Shown: positions 52,797-63,307, numbered from the stretch's first letter. The stretch is DNA of 64,000 nt from an uncultured Chloroflexia bacterium (GCA_963751345.1 CAVVUS010000030.1:32001-96000); one strand, 5' to 3'. Program-made: numbers and translations. The notes: generated by a model from the letters alone, not told the origin.

Positions 52797-52850
52797 CTAG
52801 ATATATAAATATATAAGCACATATCTTCTAAAATGTCAATCATGAGTAAT
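52797..52850. promoter_or_regulatory. AT-rich divergent promoter region
   Basis: ATATATAAATATATAA tract, strikingly AT-rich in a GC-rich window, between divergent operon and helicase. Confidence 0.5.
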
Positions 52851-52862
52851 CTGTTTCCGACC

Positions 52863-52891
52863 TTGCCATTAGAACGTTTGAACTATATAAT
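52863..52891 (+). promoter_or_regulatory. Sigma70 promoter of DinG helicase with SOS-box-like site in spacer
   Basis: TTGCCA-17bp-TATAAT; AGAAC-GTTT-GAACT at 52871-52884. Confidence 0.65.
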
Positions 52892-52969
52892 GAGAGCACG
52901 CGCCCAACCGGGACAGGCTGTCCTGCCGTTGCGCGTAGCATCCATCGCAACAACTGACAAGGGGATCGC

Positions 52970-55579
52970 ATGGGAGCCTCAAAGCCCATTCGGCTCGGCC
53001 AAAGCGTAACCGATATCGCCGTTCGCGCCCAGGAGCGCCGCGCGCGAAAACTGATGCTGCAGGGAGATCTCGACGGTGCCATCGCGGTCTACCGTGAGAT
53101 CGTGGCTCTCGACCCGGACGGCAGCGGTGCCCACTATCAGCTTGGCCTCTGCTACCGCCAACGCCGGCAGTGGGATGAGGCCGCGGCAGCGCTGGCCCGA
53201 GCGCGCGATTTGGGCGAGACACGGGCCATCGGGCTGCTCCATGAGATGCGCCGGATGCTGCCGAACTCCCAACACCTACACGCCCCCGCCGACGATGAGA
53301 TGGCTCCAGCCGTGGTTGTGGGCGGCAAGATTCTTACGCAAAGCCCTCCGCCGGCCACGGCACCGGGGCCCGACGCTCCCCCCGACGAAGCCGAGGGAAG
53401 CCCGCGCGTCGCCGAATCGCCCGCGGTCTATGTAGTCGAAGAGCGCCGGTCGGCGGGATCCAGGGCCGACATTGAGATCGCCGGGCGCCCCATCGTGTGT
53501 CCCCCGGTGGCCTCCGTCTTTGCCCCCGGTGGGACGCTGGCAAATGCTCTTGGAGATCGCTTTCGGGCCCGCGCAGGCCAGGCCAAAATGGCCGACCTTG
53601 TGCGGGACGCCCTCCAGAACCGCCACCACGCCATCCTGGAAGCCGGAACGGGGATCGGCAAGTCGTTCGCTTACCTGGTCCCGGTGCTCTGGTCGGGCGC
53701 GCCCGCGGTCGTCAGCACGTCGAACAAGGGGCTGATGAACCAGCTCTGGGAACAGGATATTCCCCGGCTTCAGGAGATCGCCCCCCGCCCGACCAAGGCG
53801 GCATTGCTCAAGGGCAGGGGTAATTACGTCTGTGCGATGCACCTGGACCGCTTGCGCCAGCAGGTGGGCCTGCCGAACCAGAGGACGTGGCTCGCCCTGG
53901 TTGCTCGGGGACTGGAGACCGTGCCCACCGGCGACATGGAGACCATGCGCCTGCCTCCCGACCTCGTCGCACGGCTCGCCGTGGGGGGGCGGGAGTGCAG
54001 AGGCCATCACTGTCCGCAGTTCGACTCTTGCTTCTACGAGAATGCCAAGCGCGAAGCCGCGGAGGCAGACCTGGTGGTCACCAACCACGCGCTGCTCTGC
54101 TATAACGCACTCCTCGCCGACAACCATATCCTGCCGGTCCGCGCCGTCCTCATCATCGATGAGGCCCACCAACTGCCCCGCTACGCGGTCGAGGCCCTTA
54201 CAATGGCGCTGGGACACGACGAGTTCTGGGGTCTGGTCAACAGCCCACCCGTGCGATCGGCGCTCCCCGATGCCGACCTGCTCACCGAGGCACGAACCGC
54301 ATATGACGACTTCTTCGGTGCAGTCGAACGACAGCGACCGGGCGACACCCGGTCTGCCACGCGTCCGACACGTTGGCAACTCACGGGTGAAATCCAAACC
54401 GGCCTGGCGCTTTGGGATGTCCTGGAACAGCTCCGGCGCACCCTCACCCACGCTGCCCAGTTGGACGATGGGGACCGCGAGGCTGCATTGATGCAGACCG
54501 CGGAGGTCGCCGAGACGGTGCATGCCCTTTCGCTCCCCGAACCGGAAACCCACATCCGGCTCTGCGAGACGGAGGATGATACTTCGTTCGGTACACCCGG
54601 CGCCTTCCACGCGCTCTATCGCCCCTTGGAGGTGACGGATCCACTCAGGCGGATGCTCTTTGATACGTGGCCCCGCGTGATTTGCACCAGCGCGACGCTC
54701 GGCGTGAACAACGATCTGGGATGGTTCGGCCGGCAAATCGGGCTGGTCCCGAGTGACAACCACGCGTCCACTCGTGGCACCCGCCAGTCTTCTGGCGACA
54801 CCCACCAGTCCGCTGGCCGCACCCGTCAGTCCGTTCCTGGCACCCTCCAGTCTGCTGGCGGCACCCGCCAGTCTGCTGGAGGCACCCGCCAGTCCGCTGG
54901 CGGCGTGATCTTCCAAGCGCTCCCCGGCCCCTTTGACTACGCAAAACAGATGCTGCTCTACACCCCCGAGATCCTCATGCCCGTCTACGACGAAGAACGC
55001 CAGGCTTTTTCAGGGGACTACGTCGACGAACTCACCGCGGAGGTCGGGCGGCTCTTGGAGACCAGCCGGGGGCGAGCGCTGGTCCTGTGTACCAGTCGCA
55101 GACGCATGATGCAACTGTACGACACGTTGGCCCCATCGCTCAACCCTCGCTATCCCTGTTATCTACAGGGCGACGCTACCCAACCGGAGCTTGTAGCGCG
55201 GTTCAAGGAGGATGGCAACGCGATCCTGTTCGCCACCCGCGGGTTCTGGGAGGGGCTGGATATCCCCGGCGAGTCGCTGGCGCTGGTGATCCTGGACAAG
55301 ATCCCGTTCGTGCCGTACGACGATCCCGTCATACGGCGACAGGAGGAACGCATCCGTGCTCGTGGCGGCAATTCATTCTACGAGTTGCAGCTCGGCTCTG
55401 CGATTCTCAGCCTCCGCCAGGGAGCCGGGCGGCTGATCCGCTCCGAGACCGACCGCGGCGTCATTGCACTGTTGGATGCCCGCGTCCTGAGCAAGCGTTA
55501 CGGACAGCAGATCATCCGGTCGCTGCCGGAAGGCTGTCACACCACCGATTTCGCAGATGTGGCGGCGTTTCTGAGCTAG
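52970..55579 (+). CDS. DinG/YoaA family Fe-S ATP-dependent DNA helicase with N-terminal TPR
   Basis: 'EAGTGIGKS', 'KGRGNYVC', Cys cluster, 'DEAH', 'TSATL', 'FWEGLD.PG', 'QGAGRLIR'; N-terminal TPR-like helices. Confidence 0.92.
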   Translation: MGASKPIRLGQSVTDIAVRAQERRARKLMLQGDLDGAIAVYREIVALDPDGSGAHYQLGLCYRQRRQWDEAAAALARARDLGETRAIGLLHEMRRMLPNSQHLHAPADDEMAPAVVVGGKILTQSPPPATAPGPDAPPDEAEGSPRVAESPAVYVVEERRSAGSRADIEIAGRPIVCPPVASVFAPGGTLANALGDRFRARAGQAKMADLVRDALQNRHHAILEAGTGIGKSFAYLVPVLWSGAPAVVSTSNKGLMNQLWEQDIPRLQEIAPRPTKAALLKGRGNYVCAMHLDRLRQQVGLPNQRTWLALVARGLETVPTGDMETMRLPPDLVARLAVGGRECRGHHCPQFDSCFYENAKREAAEADLVVTNHALLCYNALLADNHILPVRAVLIIDEAHQLPRYAVEALTMALGHDEFWGLVNSPPVRSALPDADLLTEARTAYDDFFGAVERQRPGDTRSATRPTRWQLTGEIQTGLALWDVLEQLRRTLTHAAQLDDGDREAALMQTAEVAETVHALSLPEPETHIRLCETEDDTSFGTPGAFHALYRPLEVTDPLRRMLFDTWPRVICTSATLGVNNDLGWFGRQIGLVPSDNHASTRGTRQSSGDTHQSAGRTRQSVPGTLQSAGGTRQSAGGTRQSAGGVIFQALPGPFDYAKQMLLYTPEILMPVYDEERQAFSGDYVDELTAEVGRLLETSRGRALVLCTSRRRMMQLYDTLAPSLNPRYPCYLQGDATQPELVARFKEDGNAILFATRGFWEGLDIPGESLALVILDKIPFVPYDDPVIRRQEERIRARGGNSFYELQLGSAILSLRQGAGRLIRSETDRGVIALLDARVLSKRYGQQIIRSLPEGCHTTDFADVAAFLS
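54776..54901 (+). repeat. 21-bp tandem repeat x6 inside helicase (GTRQSAG)
   Basis: Consensus GGCACCCGCCAGTC(T/C)GCTGGC; units contain GCCAG-TCYG-CTGGC hairpin. Confidence 0.9.
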
Positions 55580-55586
55580 GCAGCCG

Positions 55587-55632
55587 ATAACGACCACGGC
55601 CCGGTGCGCGCGCACCGGGCCGTGGTGGTTAT
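55587..55632. terminator. Long inverted repeat between convergent genes (bidirectional terminator candidate)
   Basis: ACCACGGCCCGGTGCG-CG-CGCACCGGGCCGTGGT. Confidence 0.7.
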
Positions 55633-55653
55633 AGAGAAGGTGAAATCGGCACT

Positions 55654-56754
55654 CTAACGATGTGCCAACTCGTGGCTCAGATCCAGATACAGCTTCACCG
55701 CCTCCGGTGGCGTCGTCCACGTGAACTCATTGCCGATGCGCATGAAGTACCCGCCGGTCATCTGTGACGTCTCCACCATGCTCTCCACCATCGCGCGAAT
55801 TTCCGCGGGGTTATTCCGCGCCAGGATGCGCGTGTCCCCCTCGCCCGTCAGATAGCAGTCCGGGTGCTTGCGAGCAATCGTCTTGTAGTCATTGTACGGC
55901 TCACCGAGCAGGCCGCGCGCGCCACAGGCGAAGACGTCATCCACATAAGCGTCCATACAGCCGTCGGAGATAAACGTAACCTCTTTGCCGGCATCTTTGA
56001 CGATGCCCCAGAACTCCTCGTACCGGGGGAAGATGTACTTGTGCATCCACTTAGGCGAGCAGACCGGCCCCCGTGTATTGACGATGTCATCGTGACAGTG
56101 CACAAAGTTCACGGGCAACCGCGCAAACGCACGAAACAATCGCCGGTTGAGCTCCGCAAACTCGTCCATGACCCGCTCGAACCGCGGATCGAGACAGGCT
56201 TGCATAAAGAGCTCCCACCCGAAGGTGAGCAGCGGCCACATAAACATCGTCTGGTATATGCCCACATGGGCCGGAGATCCCTCAGGGGCTTTGTCGCCCC
56301 ATTCGGCGGGATAATCCTTGCGGAAGTGCTGATAGAGCGTCTCCTCGCTGGTGAAGTCCCAGGTCGTGACGATGTAGCTATCCGTCCAATCCGGCTCCGC
56401 CAGCGGCGAAAAGGCAAAAACATCTTCGACAGTTTTGAACCTGGGGTCGCTGTCCCAGTGGTGGGTTACCCCATTCCCCCAGCGAACCACACGCCGCCCT
56501 TGCGCGTCCTCGCCGATGGTGTCCTGAGTCAACCCCAGGCCGGGACGCTCAACCGGGTCGTCGGTCTCGGGGATCTCGACGTTGAGTTTGGGATACATCT
56601 CCGCCAGTCGCTGACGGCACCGGCGAGGATGGTCGAAATAGTCGATGCCCGTGATGTAAGTCTCGGCTTGCGGGCAGCCCAGATACTCCCAATGCGGAAT
56701 GTCCTTGGGAGCGAGTCCCATTAATGCCTGGTAACAGATATCGTCGTATGCCAT
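55654..56754 (-). CDS. Uroporphyrinogen decarboxylase (URO-D/MtaA-like) family protein
   Basis: 'HDDI....GP..SP.W...YIFP.Y', 'SDG', 'GGYF..IGN', 'TPPE' TIM-barrel pattern. Confidence 0.75.
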   Translation of the reverse strand: MAYDDICYQALMGLAPKDIPHWEYLGCPQAETYITGIDYFDHPRRCRQRLAEMYPKLNVEIPETDDPVERPGLGLTQDTIGEDAQGRRVVRWGNGVTHHWDSDPRFKTVEDVFAFSPLAEPDWTDSYIVTTWDFTSEETLYQHFRKDYPAEWGDKAPEGSPAHVGIYQTMFMWPLLTFGWELFMQACLDPRFERVMDEFAELNRRLFRAFARLPVNFVHCHDDIVNTRGPVCSPKWMHKYIFPRYEEFWGIVKDAGKEVTFISDGCMDAYVDDVFACGARGLLGEPYNDYKTIARKHPDCYLTGEGDTRILARNNPAEIRAMVESMVETSQMTGGYFMRIGNEFTWTTPPEAVKLYLDLSHELAHR

Positions 56755-56775
56755 GGAGTCCTCGATGTCTTGCGG

Positions 56776-56838
56776 AAACCTTGCGAGGGTTAGGACGGTG
56801 CCCGTCTACGACGGCGCGTCACTAACCCTCGCAAGGGT
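56776..56838. repeat. REP-like inverted-repeat element
   Basis: CCTTGCGAGGGTTAG (56779-56793) / CTAACCCTCGCAAGG (56822-56836) perfect arms. Confidence 0.75.
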
Positions 56839-56850
56839 AGCGTGATATTG

Positions 56851-59086
56851 TTATCCTTCCGCGATGATCCGATCCACAACCAACTGCCGGAACTCAGGCG
56901 ACAACCGGTTGAAGTACGCGCTGAATCCCGTCACCCGCACGATCAGATCGGGATAGAGTGAGGGATCCTCGTGCGCGGCGAGGACCTGCTCCTTGTTCAG
57001 GATGTTCATGTTGATCTGCGTGCCACCGAGCTCAAAGTGCGTCTTGATGAGCTCCACCACATTCTCGACGCCATCTTCGTCGCGGACCAGGCCCGGGTCG
57101 AGGTCGATCTGCATAGGTGCCGAGTTGCCCCATCCGGGGTTGACGTCGGCAATGGCGACGGCCATGGCCGAGGGGGCGCCGTCCTTCCGGAAGCCAGGGT
57201 CGGGGTTCGCACCGTGCGAGATAGGAGCCCCCGCAAGCCGCCCGTTGGGGGTCGCTTTCAGACCCCTCCCGAGACCGATTGTGTTGGCCCACGAGAAGAG
57301 CCCGGGGATCATGTTGTGCCCATTGGGGGTCGGCCCTGCTTTAACGTACGAGCTGAAGGTATCCTCGATGCGCTTGGCCCAACTATCGCCAAGCGAGCTT
57401 CCACTACCGAACCGGGGGATGGACTTCATCATCAGCCGGATGCGCTCGCCCTCAGGGCCCTCATAGTTGGTATCAATCGCGTGCTTGATCTCCGCCCAGG
57501 TCAAGCGCTGCTCCTGCTCCACGCGCTGCTCCAGCGCTGCGAAAGAGTCCGCCACGGTGGCCAACGCGGCCCCGTCCACGCAGAGGTTCATGTACTCGAC
57601 ACCGCCGTGGGAGGCGTCCACGGCGTTCTCGATCGGCCCGTAGCAAAGCAGATCGAGCACCAGCTCCGGGAAGACCTCGTGCATATGCTCGACTTGGAAG
57701 TCGAGGCTTTGGGCGATCACCTCAACGGCCCGGTGAAGGTGCTGCTGATAGAGCTCCCACAGGCGGGCGATCAGAGGGTTCCCCGTCTTCAGCATAGAGA
57801 TCCTCGAAGGCGGTCTGGAAGACCGCGCCGAAGTTAATCTTGACGCAGTCATTGAGCGTGTACTCACGTCCCGGCAGTGCGCACCAGTGACAACCCGAAT
57901 AAGCCCGCTGGGTTGCCAGCTCCATCGGATAGCCATTTCTGGCAAATCCCTTTGCGAAGTTATCGATGCCCAGGAACTTCGGCACACCGATCTTGTCCTC
58001 GAACATGATCTCAACGCCACGCCGCAACAGGGCGGGATCGACATCCGCGCCGACGGAGACTGCGACGTTGCAAGGAATGCGCAGCCAGTGCGCGGCCTCC
58101 AGCGTCAGGAAGGAGACCTTGTTCGTCACATCCTTGATCATACCGTCCGGACCACCCAAATGAATGTAGGCGGTATCTCGCAGCAAGAGGCAGGCAATGT
58201 GAAAGGTAGCTTCCTCATCCGTCAGGATGCCCGCGGCCATATCGCGCTCGTAATAGGGCTGAAGGATAAGGTCAAGCTTGCCCAGCGAGCCGCTGCCGTT
58301 GTACATGCGCGCTGCCATCTGGTACCAGACCATCCACTGGCAGGCCTCGCGGAAAGTCTGCGGCGGCTCTGCCACAAGCCGTTCATTGATCTCGGCAATC
58401 GTGAGAAGGTTCGCCCGCATCTGGGGGCGCACTTCAGTCTCCGCCATCTCGCGAGCCATCGCAGCGTTGCGAGAGATCCAGTCCTGCATCCCCAACGCGA
58501 TTGCCTCCAAACCATCGTAGAAGTCCTGAGCTTCCTGGGAGGTGTTGACCTCGCGATACTGATGGATCTTGTCGAGGATGCCGCCCCAGCCCAACTCCAG
58601 GCCCAGGGTGAGATCCTGACAGAAGTGCTGGGGCGCACCGATCCCCCCGATCAACTGGTACTTCTTCCAATCAACAAGAAGGTCGCTGAAATCCAGTTCC
58701 GGCTTCCACCCGCCCTTGCGGTACGATCCAAAGTTGGTCATATAGGCCCCGGCCAGAGAGCTCATCGGATCGACAAAAGCGGGGTGGCTCTTCAGAAGCG
58801 ATGCGTAGTTCTCACCGCAGGCCTTGGGGCCGAAGAATCCGCCATTGGGATGGTTGCTGGTGATCTCGACGCCGTCCAGTATCACGTCGGTGATCGGCAC
58901 GCCCGACCCGCTGATAGCCTGAACGACTTTTCGCCGGTCCTCAGGAGGTAGAATAAACGCCAGATCATCGCTATTGAGACACCCGGTCATCTCCTGTTTT
59001 TCGTTATTCGACTTCTGCTTGGCTTCCCGGAGCGCGTCAATACGCTGCTGGTAAGTGAGCGTTTCGGCCATAATCCTTGTTGCCAT
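56851..59086 (-). CDS. Glycyl radical enzyme, PFL superfamily, unknown substrate (frameshift near 57770)
   Basis: 'TFREACQ', 'SLGKLD', Cys loop 'SGCHW', 'ATPNGR.AG.P', C-terminal 'LIVRVTGFSAYF' glycyl motif. Confidence 0.9.
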
Positions 59087-59228
59087 TTTGCATTGTCTCC
59101 TTTGATGGATCCGTTTGGCACCAAATCGATGCTAACAACATAACGAGTGACAAACAACGATCGAGACGCCGTCATCTGCATTGGCGCTCCGAGCCCGTCG
59201 TTGCCCGTCACTCGTCAATCGTCACCCC

Positions 59229-60203
59229 TCACTTCCCCTTCTTGACCTCAATCCCATATCCGCGCGCGATATCTCGCAGTTCATCCATATAGGCGAGACT
59301 CGGTGCCTCCAGATTGCTTGCCTCGTAAGCGAGCCCCAGGCTGCGATACTTGTCCGCTGCCAGACGATGGAAACGCAGCAGATCCAGCTCCGGTGGCGGT
59401 GCCGGGACGGCGTCGCCCTGGGCCTCGCGTTTGTCCGCCAGGTGACGCACGAATGCGGCGATCTCGCCAATCGCTTCCGGCGTATCGTTGACCGTGGGAA
59501 TGACGGGCGTGCGGAACCAGACCGGCTTGTCGGTGGTCATCAGTCCCTCAGCGATTTTCAGGATGCGCTCGTTGGACACGCCGGTGACCTCGCGATGCAC
59601 CTCCGGGTCCATGAGCTTGATGTCCATCATCACCAGGTCGATCAACGGCAGCAGCTCTTCAAGATCGGCCCATCGATAGTTGCCACAGGTCTCAATGGCC
59701 GTGTGCAGCCCTTCCGCTTTGGCGCGTTCAAGGAGTGCCTTGGTGAATGCCTTCTGAAGCAGAGGTTCTCCTCCGGAGAGGGACATACCACCGCCGGAGT
59801 TCTGGTAAAACGCCCGGTCGGCCAGAACCTCCTTCATAACATCCTCGACGGTCATCGTCTCTCCGGTCAGTTCCAAAGCGCCGGAGAAACAGTTATCGAC
59901 GCACGCGCCGCACATCGTGCAGTTATCGCGCACATAGATTCGGACGTCGTCTTCCAGAACCTGCGCCCCATACTCACATGCATCAACACACGCGCCGCAG
60001 CCGATGCACCGTTCGGGATAGAACTGGATCTCCGGCTTGGAGCGAATCCCCTCGGGATTGTGACACCAGAAACAGTGAAGCGAGCATCCCTTCAGGAAGA
60101 CGGTCGTTCGGATGCCGGGCCCATCGTGGACCGAGAACCGCTGGATGTTGAAGACAATACCTTCCACCGCATCCCTATCCACAACCCCCGGTGCATCCGC
60201 CAC
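59229..60203 (-). CDS. Glycyl-radical enzyme activating protein (radical SAM with ferredoxin insert); true start may be TTG 60234
   Basis: 'HDGPGIRT.VFLKGC.L.C.WC.NPE', two CxxCxxCxxxC, 'SGGEP'. Confidence 0.95.
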   Translation of the reverse strand: MADAPGVVDRDAVEGIVFNIQRFSVHDGPGIRTTVFLKGCSLHCFWCHNPEGIRSKPEIQFYPERCIGCGACVDACEYGAQVLEDDVRIYVRDNCTMCGACVDNCFSGALELTGETMTVEDVMKEVLADRAFYQNSGGGMSLSGGEPLLQKAFTKALLERAKAEGLHTAIETCGNYRWADLEELLPLIDLVMMDIKLMDPEVHREVTGVSNERILKIAEGLMTTDKPVWFRTPVIPTVNDTPEAIGEIAAFVRHLADKREAQGDAVPAPPPELDLLRFHRLAADKYRSLGLAYEASNLEAPSLAYMDELRDIARGYGIEVKKGK

Positions 60204-60373
60204 AAGCGCCTTCGACCTTCGTATCGGAACTCAAATCTCAACCTCCTCCCCAATGCTTGTCTTTTTTCGTCTCAATACCGTTCACGGACACGGCTCTGTG
60301 GGTAGTATAAGACAATGCAAGGGACTCGTCCACCATGAATACACCGGCAATTGCCGGGGTTGTGACACACTTA

Positions 60374-60400
60374 GGGGGCGCTGCACATAGCAGCGCCCCC
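60374..60400. terminator. GC-rich hairpin downstream of binding-protein gene
   Basis: GGGGGCGCTGC-ACATA-GCAGCGCCCCC. Confidence 0.55.
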
Positions 60401-60500
60401 CTTCCTCAGAGCCTGTCAGGAATGATCGAGGCCCATCCTGGTGCGTCGTGGCGTGATGCCCGATCTTATCCTCCTGACGGAAGTCTGCGTTCGGAAGGCA

Positions 60501-62271
60501 CTATGCCTGCCGTGACGCCAGCCACTCAGCGTGAGGGCCGGCTTCCCATTCGGCGAGCTTGGCCTTCGCCCGTGCCAACTGATCGGAGAACGTCGCCTCA
60601 TTCTCGGAAATCCAGGTATCCAACTGCTCCTGGAAGACGGCCTTGACCTCCTGGCGCCCGGCGTCATCGAGCGCCTTCTTGTACGCTGCGATGCCGGTTG
60701 CGGGATCCAGCTGACCAGCGCTGAGGGGCAACACCGCCTCCTTGGCGGCCGCATCCATCTGAGCCAGCTCCGTCTCGACGACCTTACGGTCGGGCTCGTA
60801 GAGCTCGAGCGGGTTGGGCAGATGGTACTCAGGATTGGTGATGTACTCCAGCATCGCGAGGAACTCGTCGGAGGCATCGCGCGGGCACGCGCTCGAAGCG
60901 ACCGGGCACACCGGCAACATACCAGCGGCGGCGGTAGTTCGTCGTGCCGTCGACGTCGGGGAGGTCCTCATATCGAAGGTCGGGCAGCTTCTTGTAGTTG
61001 ACGCCATCGATGCCGAAGAGCCAGATGTCGATGTTGTCCTGGTCCGCCAGCAGCCAGTCAAAGAACTCGAGTCCGGACTTGGTGTCTTCCAGGGCGCTGT
61101 TAGCATTGAAGACCTGGAAGTTCCACTGTCTGAAGACGGCAAAGGCGATGCTGCCGCCCTGGCGGAACTGACCCTCGTCGAACCCGGCCACTTTGCCCTC
61201 AGGCACATAGGTTTGGAGGGCCGGCTGGATCTGCAGCCGGGCCTTGAGAATCGCCTCATTGTAGGTAATCGCCGCGCACTTGCCGGGGTTGAAGAACTCG
61301 TCGAAAGCGTTGACCTCCAGCAGAGAGAGCATGTCCTTGTTGACGTAGCCCTTCTCATTCCACTGCCGTGCACGCTCGGTCTGCGCGCGGAAGCTGTCCT
61401 CGTCCTCGGTATCGGAATAGGTCAGCTTGTCGTGAAGGAGATCCTCGACCTGACCACCGATCATCGCGCTGCCGGGATTGTAGCCGTATTTCGCCGGATA
61501 CTGCTCGGGCTGGTACCAGCTCCACGGTGCGCCGCCCAGGTAGAAGGTGTTGAATGTGGGATCCGCACCGAAGGGGATCATGCCAGGCTCGTTGTTCTTG
61601 ACCTCCTCCAGGAAGGCCTCGAGCTCGTCCATGGTCTTGAGAGGGTACATCCCATACTTCTCGGCGAGGTCCTGCCGGTAGACGACGTGACCGGCTGAAT
61701 GGGACGCGACATAGTACCCGGTCGGCAGACCGTACAGATGGCCGAGCATATAGTTGTACTCGACCACCTCAGGCGTGATCGCATCGACGATGTTCTGATA
61801 GTCGCCGATCAGGTCGTCCAGGGGGCGCAGATAGCCCTGGTCGCGGAGCGCGTTCATATTCTTCCAGGGGGCATCGAACGCGAAGGTAAAGTCGGCGCCA
61901 CTTGCATAGAGCAGCGGGTACTCATTGGTGGGGTCGTCCAGCAGCAGCACCTGCAGCTCCAGATTCACGCCCTCACTCTGCATCTTCTCCGACAGCGCTT
62001 TGGCGATGGGATCGATCGTCTCCCGGTACTGCGGCACGCCGAATCCGGCGGAGTCCACATAGGTGATCATCTTGGGCCCTTCAGGTGCGGGCACGGCGGT
62101 GACGACCTTCTCAACCTCAACCGTCGTCTCAACCTCGACGGTTTTCTCAACCTCCACCGTCTGTTCGACGGTCTGAACGATGGTCTCGGGTGTAGCACAG
62201 CCGGCCAGGACACCGGCACTGGCCAGCCCCATCAGGCGCAACATTTCACGTCGCGAGAGCTTCATAGCCAT
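60501..62271 (-). CDS. Carbohydrate ABC transporter substrate-binding lipoprotein, Tat signal (frameshift near 60890)
   Basis: 'SRREML' twin-arginine, 'LAGC' lipobox, TVEVEK repeats, 'G.LYGLP', 'YRQDLAEKYG', DUF3502-like C-terminus in ORF 60501-61373. Confidence 0.88.
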
Positions 62272-62413
62272 CTAGATTCCTCCTCTTGCATCACTTGAAT
62301 CAACTCGGATAGGGAGCAGGTCCACAATTCTGTCAGCGCCAAATGGTCATCGATTTTCCAGGTGAGCTGTGGTTCCTCCTTTCCTTTTCCTTCGTATCTC
62401 TTACGTCCGGGAT

Positions 62414-63307
62414 CTATCCCTTGATGGATCCTACGGTCAGCCCCTTGATGAAATACCGTTGTACGAAAGGATAAAACAGGATGACCGGGCCGATGGTGAC
62501 GACGACAATAGCCATACGGATGGACTTGGCGGGAATCTGCGCAGAGCTCAGGGCAAGGGTGTTGCCCCCTTCCATCGCCATGGCCTGTCGAATAGCGCGA
62601 ATGCTGTTGATGATGCGCAGGATGATCACCTGAAGGGGCCGAAAGTGGGCGAAGTCAAGGAGGATCACGCCGTGCCACCAGTCGTTCCAATAGGCTACCG
62701 CTACGAATAACGCAGTTGTCGCCAACACGGGCAGCGACAGGGGCAGCACAATCCGGGCGAGGATGGTCCAATCCGAAGCCCCATCGATAATCGCGGACTC
62801 CATGATCTCGCCGGGCAAGCTGTTGAAGTAGTTCCGCAGGATGAAGATCCACCACGGATTGATCAACATCGGGACGATCAGCGCCCAGATGTTATCGTAG
62901 AGTCCCACCATCCGGCACGTGATAAACCACGGGATCAGGCCGCCCGAGAAAATCATCGTGAAGTAGACGTAGAACGAGAGCGGGTTCCGCAGCTTGAATT
63001 TCTTGACGGACAGAGCGTAGGCCACGCCGCACATCAATGTCACACTGAGGAACGTGCCCACAACCGTGACAAAGGTCGAGACTTGGTAGCCGACCAACAC
63101 CTGTTTGCCGCCCAACACCCACTTGTAGGCCTCAATCGATAGCTTTCGCGGCCACAGGGAATACCCGTCCAATTGCAGGACCTGCTGATCCGTGAACGAC
63201 GAGATCACCAGAAGGTAGAAAGGCAGAAAACAGAACAAAGTGAACAACGCCACTACCGTGTAGTTGAATCCGGCAAACAACTTGTCACCCAGATTGCCAC
63301 GCCTCAT
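62414..63307 (-). CDS. Carbohydrate ABC transporter permease (MalG-like)
   Basis: 'FSGGLIP', EAA loop 'ESAIIDGAS', 'YPFVQRYFIKG'. Confidence 0.93.
   Translation of the reverse strand: MRRGNLGDKLFAGFNYTVVALFTLFCFLPFYLLVISSFTDQQVLQLDGYSLWPRKLSIEAYKWVLGGKQVLVGYQVSTFVTVVGTFLSVTLMCGVAYALSVKKFKLRNPLSFYVYFTMIFSGGLIPWFITCRMVGLYDNIWALIVPMLINPWWIFILRNYFNSLPGEIMESAIIDGASDWTILARIVLPLSLPVLATTALFVAVAYWNDWWHGVILLDFAHFRPLQVIILRIINSIRAIRQAMAMEGGNTLALSSAQIPAKSIRMAIVVVTIGPVILFYPFVQRYFIKGLTVGSIKG

Noticed and set aside
54776-54901. Palindromic repeats here and at 33761-33814 as CRISPR arrays
   Set aside because: Units are 18-21 bp, directly adjacent without unique spacers, in frame in genes, and no cas genes are present.
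56851-59086. True pyruvate formate-lyase pflB
   Set aside because: No adjacent Cys-Cys pair, and the activase has a ferredoxin insert typical of non-PFL GREs.
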